DNA from: a virus
Length of the DNA stretch: 64,000 nt
IMG/VR virus record: IMGVR_UViG_3300010430_000025
Location: 1-64,000 of that record
Reading direction: 5' to 3' (one strand)
In this document: in pieces, positions 57,882 through 64,000 of the stretch
Numbering within the stretch: position 1 is the stretch's first letter
Layout of the letters: every line of letters begins with the position of its first letter
Notes under the pieces: generated by a model
Database searches by the model: none
Told to the model about the DNA's origin: nothing
The model's input: only the letters and a program-made list of their open reading frames with translations
Position numbers and translations under genes: made by a program

Positions 57882-58342
57882 TACAGCGCAAACCTAAAAT
57901 ATGTATTGACTGCCAAGAAATGAAGTTAATATGGGCGCATAAAAGGTGTCAAACCTGCGATGGTAAGTATAGAAGCAAAAACACTAAGCCTAAGCCACGC
58001 AAGGCTATAAAGCAAAAGTACAACCCTACAGGTGAGAAAGAAGTGTTTGAAAAGATAGCCTTAGAACGACCTCATGAGTGTTATGTTACTGGAGAAGTTA
58101 TAAAACACTTAGGTATATCTAATTGTGCTCATGTTTTGTCAAAAAAGTCAGCCCCTTTATTTAGGTTAAACCCCGACAACATACAGTTTTTAAGTTTTAA
58201 GGCACACTACCTGTATGATTTTGGCACAAAAAAACAACGAGAAGATTTTGGGTATAGTGAAGGGTGGGAAAAGCTATACCTTTTAAAAGAAAAGTTACGT
58301 GAGGAATATAAGGAGCTTGAAAAAACATTAAAACTTATCTAA
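57878..58342 (+). CDS. HNH/NinG-like nuclease
   Basis: CIDC..CQTC; CYVTG...AHVLSK...RLNPDNI.FL...H..YD. Confidence 0.7.
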   Translation: MIQRKPKICIDCQEMKLIWAHKRCQTCDGKYRSKNTKPKPRKAIKQKYNPTGEKEVFEKIALERPHECYVTGEVIKHLGISNCAHVLSKKSAPLFRLNPDNIQFLSFKAHYLYDFGTKKQREDFGYSEGWEKLYLLKEKLREEYKELEKTLKLI

Positions 58343-58381
58343 TAAAATAATCTTTTTTATTGTATTATTAAAAAGTATTTA

Positions 58382-58389
58382 TATCTTTG
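58382..58389 (+). promoter_or_regulatory. -7 promoter box (TATCTTTG)
   Basis: TAnnTTTG heading an RNA-structure-rich region. Confidence 0.6.
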
Positions 58390-58517
58390 TATTGCAATTG
58401 ATAGTTACCCGTTATGGTAAAAACAAAAGTCGAACCAAGTCTAATGCAAGGAAAGGGTTTAATGCTAAAATGCGGTAGGCGCGCATATAACGGGTTTTAA
58501 ATTTAGTAATAATTAAA

Positions 58518-58754
58518 GTGATGGTAACTGATAAGCAAATAACTGAAATAACTCATAGTTTTGTGCAGTCTACATCAATGAGTAATTCGTTTGCTGAAAA
58601 TGAAAAAGTAGGCAAAAATGGTGTAATTAAAATTACAGAGCATATACCAATGGGGGCTTTAGAAAAACATTACTTTGAGGTTGATTATGATAATGGATTT
58701 ACTAAAATGGTGTTCGAGCCTTATGAGGTAATTTATAAAACAGATAGTCGATAA
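58518..58754 (+). CDS. hypothetical protein
   Basis: ORF between two hairpin modules. Confidence 0.5.
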   Translation: MMVTDKQITEITHSFVQSTSMSNSFAENEKVGKNGVIKITEHIPMGALEKHYFEVDYDNGFTKMVFEPYEVIYKTDSR

Positions 58755-58766
58755 TTGATAGTATGC

Positions 58767-58800
58767 ACTCTATTCAGTTGGGAAATAGAATAGGGTTTTT
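58767..58800 (+). terminator. terminator-like hairpin
   Basis: ACTCTATTC/GAATAGGGT + TTTT. Confidence 0.5.
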
Positions 58801-58804
58801 AAAT

Positions 58805-58877
58805 GGGGCAATGGTGTAACGGTTAACATATTCGGGTCGCTCCCGTTTGAGTTCAGGTTCGAATCCTGATTGCTCCA
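58805..58877 (+). tRNA. atypical tRNA-like RNA (Ala identity G3.U70/A73; nominal anticodon CGC, malformed anticodon arm)
   Basis: GGGGCAA/TTGCTCC acceptor, GTGT/ACAT D-stem, TCAGG-TTCGAAT-CCTGA T-arm; anticodon stem has two T-T mismatches, loop GTCGCTC. Confidence 0.6.
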
Positions 58878-58964
58878 CAAAACTAAAATCAAGGTGAATA
58901 AGAGCGACCTTACGCTTATTGATTAGCTACCAATGAGTGGACAAAGCAACCTTTAATTAAAGTT

Positions 58965-58987
58965 AGGCGGTGTAACAGCCGCCTTTT
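58965..58987 (+). terminator. intrinsic terminator
   Basis: AGGCGG-TGTAACAG-CCGCCT-TTT. Confidence 0.6.
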
Positions 58988-59153
58988 ATTTAAAAATTAT
59001 GATTTGGAAATTAATAGCACTATTTGAGTATTTTATAATAGGGATAATACTTATAGGGAGTCCTAAAGAAAAAGGCGTTAGCAATCTTGTAATGGCGTTG
59101 TTTTGGGTAATATTAATTCCTATTGGAATGTGGCTAGATAGTAAAAATAAATT

Positions 59154-59477
59154 ATGAGCAAAGAAATATTAGACGAAATAAAGAATAATGCGTCAAACAG
59201 GTTGTTTGGTGTAAGTTTTAACGATTTAATAAACTACTTTCAGGATGAAAGTAGTGTTGATGCGGTGGTTGAAGAGATTGTAAATGAATGCACCAATCAA
59301 ATGCAAAAGGATATTAAGGAGTTGAGGCGAAAATTATTTCATTTAAACGCATCAATCGACAATGTTTGGCATAATGGCAAAACCAATGAAAGCGTTAACC
59401 TTGTATGTAAACAACAGCAAAAAGTAAAATCATTACTCGAAAAAACCAAACACTACGAGGATGCTAAACCTATTTAA
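59154..59477 (+). CDS. hypothetical protein
   Basis: Paralog of 42079..42492. Confidence 0.55.
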   Translation: MSKEILDEIKNNASNRLFGVSFNDLINYFQDESSVDAVVEEIVNECTNQMQKDIKELRRKLFHLNASIDNVWHNGKTNESVNLVCKQQQKVKSLLEKTKHYEDAKPI

Positions 59478-59480
59478 AAA

Positions 59481-59717
59481 ATGAATAGAGAAGATATAGA
59501 CTGGCAAAAACTGTCTGAACTTATAAAAGGCAAGGTTGCTATAAAAAAAGCAAAGGGAGAAGATTTAACTGTGTGTTTAGGGGAAATGAAGGTAAGCTAT
59601 AACACTTATCAAGAAATTAAAAACCTAAAGAAGAAAAGTATAAACACGGTAGTTCTTTTTAGGATAACTAATTGGCTAAACATTGAAGCCAAAGAAATTA
59701 TAAAAAAGGTGAAATGA
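59481..59717 (+). CDS. HTH-like protein
   Basis: Resembles 39698..39904 (..ITNWLNI / IVTWLEM). Confidence 0.5.
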   Translation: MNREDIDWQKLSELIKGKVAIKKAKGEDLTVCLGEMKVSYNTYQEIKNLKKKSINTVVLFRITNWLNIEAKEIIKKVK

Positions 59718-59828
59718 AAGCCTTAACTATTATACTATATTCCTTGTTATTATTTATAATAATAGGTATTTTTAGGGTAGTATTTTGGGTTATAAGCAGC
59801 GAGAAAAACAGAATTAAATAAACTTATT

Positions 59829-60077
59829 ATGATATACAAAAAACTAACCACAGGCGAAGTGCGCGAAGGCAAAAACTTCTGTGTTGCCCGTATCGAAGAA
59901 AGCGGACAACTGGCAGAGATAGAAGGCAGATGGACAAAAGGATTGTTTACCGTTAGCCTACTCCACCAACCTGGCTATATAGAAACCTATAAGCAATATG
60001 GAATTGCTGCTACGAAAGGCGAGTGGACAGCCGCAGTTGCTTTATTGCAAAAACAAGTGAAAAGTTTAAAAAAATGA
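59829..60077 (+). CDS. hypothetical protein
   Basis: Paralog of 57196..57489. Confidence 0.55.
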   Translation: MIYKKLTTGEVREGKNFCVARIEESGQLAEIEGRWTKGLFTVSLLHQPGYIETYKQYGIAATKGEWTAAVALLQKQVKSLKK

Positions 60078-60244
60078 ACTACCTAACAGTATATTACCAA
60101 GATGTAGAAACCTTAGAAGTAGAAGAAAAAATCTACTCGTATAGGTTTAAGTGGATGGCTTATATACATATATGGTGGTTAGAAACGTATAATTACGAGG
60201 ACGACCCTAATCCAACAACACGAGTTAAATACGAATTGAAGTGA
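60074..60244 (+). CDS. hypothetical protein
   Basis: ORF 60023..60244; ATG at 60074 overlaps the previous stop. Confidence 0.45.
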   Translation: MNYLTVYYQDVETLEVEEKIYSYRFKWMAYIHIWWLETYNYEDDPNPTTRVKYELK

Positions 60245-60783
60245 AAGAAATACAGGAACAAAAGGAATGGATAAAAAGCGGCGGTATCGGATGCTTGTTT
60301 GCAACAGCACTTTTAAATAGGGCAAATGAAATCGGGTGGGTGTTTCAAATAGAGCCAAAAAGATTAGAAATACCAAAAGACTGTTTCGTTTTGTCAATAC
60401 TATTCCCTAATAGCAACGCTGAAAAGGTTAGGCTGTGGGCATTAGATAATGGATTTTATATTGAGGACATAAACGAAATGTACGAAGGCTTAAGAATAAA
60501 TCTGAGTGAAGGGATTTCTTGGGTGCAGTATTTCGGTAAAGACAGCCATGTAAAAACAAGGCAATCACCTCACCCAATGTTATCGTTTACATGTAAAATG
60601 CCACCACAAACCTATTTTAAAGTTGGTTTTAATGGGGTATTACACTTAGCACACGCTTCTATAAAACATTTAACAAAATTAGCGGCAGATAAAATGTGGG
60701 AGAACTCACATAAAAAAACAGAAAAAATATTAGGGCATAAACCAACCATAAGAGAGGCAGCAAAAACAACATTTATAAAATGA
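60241..60783 (+). CDS. hypothetical protein
   Basis: 180 aa, coupled to the UDG-like gene. Confidence 0.6.
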   Translation: MKEIQEQKEWIKSGGIGCLFATALLNRANEIGWVFQIEPKRLEIPKDCFVLSILFPNSNAEKVRLWALDNGFYIEDINEMYEGLRINLSEGISWVQYFGKDSHVKTRQSPHPMLSFTCKMPPQTYFKVGFNGVLHLAHASIKHLTKLAADKMWENSHKKTEKILGHKPTIREAAKTTFIK

Positions 60784-61211
60784 AAATATTAATTATAGGG
60801 CAAGCCCCTCCATTACAAACGCAAAAAGTCCCTTATGACACCACGCTTTTATACGATATGTTAAGCTGGGTAAATATCACAAAGGAACAAGCTCAAGAAA
60901 TGTTTGAGTTTGAAGCTATGAGCAACACATTAAGAGGTGTAAAAAATGGAAATCATTTACAGCCTTTAGTTGGAGAAATGAGGGAGCGATATTATAACGT
61001 TCTTAGAGAAAAAATAGGAGAGGCTAATAAAGTTATTCTACTTGGTAATGTAGCTAAATACAACTGTTTTAAGTTTGGAATAAATTCAATAAAATTCCCT
61101 CAAAATATTTTGTGCTTAATCCATCCTAGTAGAAGAAATTACAATAAAATAATGGCTAACAAAGAAGAGATAACCAATAAGCTAAAAGTTTTTTTATACG
61201 AACTAAACTAA
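60780..61211 (+). CDS. uracil-DNA glycosylase-like protein
   Basis: ILIIGQAPP, VILLGNVA, IHPSRRN motifs. Confidence 0.7.
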   Translation: MKILIIGQAPPLQTQKVPYDTTLLYDMLSWVNITKEQAQEMFEFEAMSNTLRGVKNGNHLQPLVGEMRERYYNVLREKIGEANKVILLGNVAKYNCFKFGINSIKFPQNILCLIHPSRRNYNKIMANKEEITNKLKVFLYELN

Positions 61212-61217
61212 AATATT

Positions 61218-61505
61218 ATGATAAAAACAGAACCAAACGACGGGGCTTTTGCCTGCGAAGACAACGGAGATTTAGCAGAAGAGGGAATTAAATGTGCTCA
61301 AAAAGGCTTAACAATCCGACAATACTATGCAGGTTTAGCTATGCAGGGCTTACTTGCTGCACATCCAGAAGAAAACGCCTTTAATTACGAACAAACAGCA
61401 ATCAGTAGTGTAGATTTTGCAGATGCTTTAATAGCAGCACTAAACAAAACCACAACCAAAACCCTTCCCGAAGGGACAGAAGTTATAGGGGAAAACATAA
61501 GCTAA
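61218..61505 (+). CDS. conserved phage protein
   Basis: GLTIRQYYAGLAMQGLLA...ADALIAAL. Confidence 0.7.
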   Translation: MIKTEPNDGAFACEDNGDLAEEGIKCAQKGLTIRQYYAGLAMQGLLAAHPEENAFNYEQTAISSVDFADALIAALNKTTTKTLPEGTEVIGENIS

Positions 61506-61509
61506 TATT

Positions 61510-61836
61510 ATGGAAGCAAAAACAAAACATACGCCCGCTCCATGGTTCCCCGTACAGTATGCCTATAAATACAACATTCAAACTGTTGATTGTTATGCAG
61601 AGAATGACGTGTTGGATTTAGAGTATAGCCCAAATGCAGAGGCTAATGCTCAACTAATATCATGTGCCCCTGAAATGCTTGAGGTTTTAATAAAGTTATC
61701 AGAGTGGCAAAGGAAATATCCTCCTCAAAAAGTATTTTCTCACGGGCAGATAGTGAAAATAGCAGAGGAACTTACAGAAATTGTAGAAAAAGGAGATGAA
61801 CTAATAACCAAAGCAACAACATTAAGGGAGGTATAG
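61510..61836 (+). CDS. conserved phage protein
   Basis: KHTPAPW...ANAQLISCAPEMLEVL. Confidence 0.7.
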   Translation: MEAKTKHTPAPWFPVQYAYKYNIQTVDCYAENDVLDLEYSPNAEANAQLISCAPEMLEVLIKLSEWQRKYPPQKVFSHGQIVKIAEELTEIVEKGDELITKATTLREV

Positions 61837-61840
61837 AAAT

Positions 61841-62107
61841 ATGGGGGTTTATATTGATGATTATTTTGCTCCATACGGTAGAATGCTAATGAGCCACATG
61901 ATAGCAGACACACAAGATGAATTATTTGATATGGTTGATAAAATTGGAGTAGAGCGGAAATGGGTACAGGATTTTGATACTTACAGAGAGCACTTTGACA
62001 TATCAAAAGCTAAGAGAGAATTAGCTATAAAAAACGGGGCAAAACAGGTTACAGCTCGTGAGTTAGTATCAATAACATTAAAAAAGAAGGAGGTAAAAGG
62101 TGAGTAA
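61841..62107 (+). CDS. DUF4031-family protein
   Basis: MGVYIDD...MSHMIADT.DEL......IG..R.W.Q...HFDI...KR..AI..GA. Confidence 0.85.
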   Translation: MGVYIDDYFAPYGRMLMSHMIADTQDELFDMVDKIGVERKWVQDFDTYREHFDISKAKRELAIKNGAKQVTARELVSITLKKKEVKGE

Positions 62108-62291
62108 AGGCAAAAAAAACTTAGCGATGTTAGCGGCATTAATAGCTTTAGCAAATCCAAACGACACGCTTTTAAACGAGTTAAAACCCCGTGTAAGAGA
62201 GCATAAATCAACGCTTAATAGTAAGCAAAAAAAAGCACGAAGGAATAAGAACAAAGCCCGTAAACAGGGGCGCAGAAACAGTAAAAAGTAA
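62100..62291 (+). CDS. small basic hypothetical protein
   Basis: Lys/Arg-rich C-terminus. Confidence 0.45.
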   Translation: MSKGKKNLAMLAALIALANPNDTLLNELKPRVREHKSTLNSKQKKARRNKNKARKQGRRNSKK

Positions 62292-62308
62292 AGTTAAACT
62301 AATAACAC

Positions 62309-62342
62309 AAAAGCCACCTATCATCCCGACTGGTGGCTTTTT
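62309..62342. terminator. bidirectional terminator between convergent operons
   Basis: AAAAGCCACC...GGTGGCTTTTT. Confidence 0.8.
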
Positions 62343-62369
62343 AACTTTTATATATGAAATTGAGAGCCT

Positions 62370-62582
62370 TTAATTTTCTTTTTCGTGCATTTCAGCAGAA
62401 TAAGAAGTAATAATATTTTTAAACTCTTCTATGGCTATATCGTGAGAAATTTCACCTATAACAACCGTAACAAATTTAGTAGGCTGTATAGATATTGCTA
62501 CACTATCAACTTCTGAAATAATTGCTGCATCATCTACCTCACGGGTAGCCTCTGCGTTCTTTAGTCTTGTAAATACTTTCAT
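62370..62582 (-). CDS. hypothetical protein
   Basis: ORF with A-rich start context. Confidence 0.5.
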   Translation of the reverse strand: MKVFTRLKNAEATREVDDAAIISEVDSVAISIQPTKFVTVVIGEISHDIAIEEFKNIITSYSAEMHEKEN

Positions 62583-62751
62583 AGTAATTTAGTTTGGTTA
62601 ATTTGAGTTTTTTTAGTACCTTTAGTAACCAGTAACTGCCACAATATACCGTTGTAGTATATTTTTTCTTGCTTGTCGGCAATTTTATCCGTTAAGGCTG
62701 TTATTTTTTTAAGGTTGGTTGGCTGCTCTTTTGCAAATAGTTCTTGTGGTG

Positions 62752-62934
62752 TCATATAGTTTCTATATCAAATGTATATGGTTCTTTTAATTTATCGTTT
62801 TTAAGCCTTGTAATAGCTTTTCTATACGCAAGCACTACATTATCCTCTCGAACGTGTAAAACGTCTTTAGAAGGCTTGTTTTGCGTATTTAAAGCTGTAT
62901 ATTTAATTTTATACGTTGGCATTTGGTTTAGCAA
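62752..62934 (-). CDS. hypothetical protein
   Basis: ORF in minus-strand operon. Confidence 0.45.
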   Translation of the reverse strand: MLNQMPTYKIKYTALNTQNKPSKDVLHVREDNVVLAYRKAITRLKNDKLKEPYTFDIETI

Positions 62935-63097
62935 ATCTACTTATAACAACAAAGCCGTGTTCTTTTGCTATTTTATCAGCCGCAAGCATTGCTTGTGTTT
63001 CGGTTGTAGAAGCTATATCTATAGTAATAGCATTAGTTGTTATTTGACCTTCTTTTTTGTGTACCTGTAGTACTACGGTGTATAGTTTAGTTTCCAT
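62909..63097 (-). CDS. hypothetical protein
   Basis: ORF in minus-strand operon. Confidence 0.5.
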   Translation of the reverse strand: METKLYTVVLQVHKKEGQITTNAITIDIASTTETQAMLAADKIAKEHGFVVISRFAKPNANV

Positions 63098-63107
63098 TTG
63101 TTTTTAA

Positions 63108-63521
63108 TTAAGACCATCTCTCAAATGTTCCGTTTATTAATTTGGCAAAATCTACACTTTCAGAATAATATCCGTTTGATGAGCCGTACCATTTTATAGT
63201 TACAAATCCTTTTTCGGTAGCAATTTTATAAAAAGTCCAAGTATAAGAATCCTCATAATCTTCTTTGGGCAAGCTGCCTTCATCGCTTGGATATGAGCAG
63301 CTTTCTTCTGCTTGTAAAATAGGTGCATTTAGAAGGTCGGCTAAATCGCCATTTATGTCGTCAATACCAACACACTCACAACAATCTTGAGAATGATACA
63401 TTTTGTAAACTTCTCCCTCGCTTGTGTGAAAAATAATAGCATCCTCGCTATTGTCTTTTTCTCCTGCACGCTCTATTTTTAATAGGGTTTTCCCTAAAAT
63501 GTTTTCTATTGAAAAATCCAT
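63108..63521 (-). CDS. conserved phage protein (DUF7448-like)
   Basis: YHSQDCCECV.IDDI.GDL...SYTWTFYKIAT.KG.VTIKWYGSSNGYYSESV; likely ATG at 63521. Confidence 0.75.
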   Translation of the reverse strand: MDFSIENILGKTLLKIERAGEKDNSEDAIIFHTSEGEVYKMYHSQDCCECVGIDDINGDLADLLNAPILQAEESCSYPSDEGSLPKEDYEDSYTWTFYKIATEKGFVTIKWYGSSNGYYSESVDFAKLINGTFERWS

Positions 63522-63597
63522 AATATTAATTTTGTTTTTAATCCTAAGAGCAAAGTGCAAAAAATGCACAATGCTTTCGCTGTTTACACTTCGTCAG

Positions 63598-63906
63598 TTA
63601 GGCTTCTAAGCCGTTTTTATTATATCCAAGAGAAACTAAAGCGTCCTCAACTGTTATGGCGTTTGATCGTACGCTCATTAGATAGTTTCTGCCTTCATCT
63701 AACCGAGCAGCTATTTTGTTCAAAAACTGTATTCTATTTTTAAGGTTTTCTATTTCATTTTTTTGCCCCTCAAAACAAGAGGCGTATCCTTTGTTAGACA
63801 TAGTAGCATCTACTACCATACCTTGCAACCTCATTACAAATTCCTTGTCTGGTTCGTCTTTTCTTTGATCTAAGCTTTCAAAAGCTGATGGATATTTAAA
63901 ACTCAT
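63598..63906 (-). CDS. hypothetical protein
   Basis: ORF 63598..63933; likely ATG at 63906. Confidence 0.5.
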   Translation of the reverse strand: MSFKYPSAFESLDQRKDEPDKEFVMRLQGMVVDATMSNKGYASCFEGQKNEIENLKNRIQFLNKIAARLDEGRNYLMSVRSNAITVEDALVSLGYNKNGLEA

Positions 63907-64000
63907 AATTTTTATATCTGTTACCCTATACACAGAGAGGTTTTAAGTTTAGTTGTTTATTGATTAATAAAAATTTCAGTTGAAAGGTTTAAAGCTATAA

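Noticed and set aside
58805-58877. tmRNA
   Set aside because: Ala-type acceptor present, but both strands lie within 73 nt, leaving no mRNA-like domain
63990-64000. Exact circular join: the antirepressor would end CEKRL-stop if 64000 joined position 1
   Set aside because: The window length is arbitrary and no terminal repeat is visible; only the shared minus-strand orientation at both ends is suggestive
1-64000. Integrase, reverse transcriptase/DGR, introns or inteins
   Set aside because: No recognisable motifs; TerL and primase-helicase have normal lengths; no long TR/VR-type repeat noticed by eye

Overview
The whole window is AT-rich phage DNA, probably most of the genome of a podovirus infecting a Bacteroidota host (many TAnnTTTG -7 promoter boxes, A-rich start regions without Shine-Dalgarno, standard stop codons). 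1.7-38.1 kb (+) is a morphogenesis/lysis block of crAss-like layout: tail/fibre genes, a sialidase-like spike, holin/amidase, portal, scaffold, major capsid, terminase, ring/muzzle proteins, ejection proteins and a 2569-aa polyvalent protein. 38.3-44.9 kb (-) and 45-62.3 kb (+) are divergent early regions of small genes, including a DNA methyltransferase, an initiator, a primase-helicase and nucleases. No integrase, DNA polymerase or RNA polymerase is recognisable. The main finding is at 44.4-44.96 kb (-): five tRNA genes (Leu-TAG, Leu-TAA, Ser-GCT, Ser-TGA, Tyr-GTA) lie directly behind what looks like a complete ribosome-dependent transcription attenuator. Its 22-codon leader peptide has ten consecutive Leu/Tyr/Ser codons matching those tRNAs, plus alternative protector, antiterminator and terminator hairpins. 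This suggests a phage sensor that turns on replacement tRNAs when the host's Leu/Ser/Tyr tRNAs are depleted. Several other RNA-level elements are also reported. Product calls come from motif recognition by eye, not database searches.
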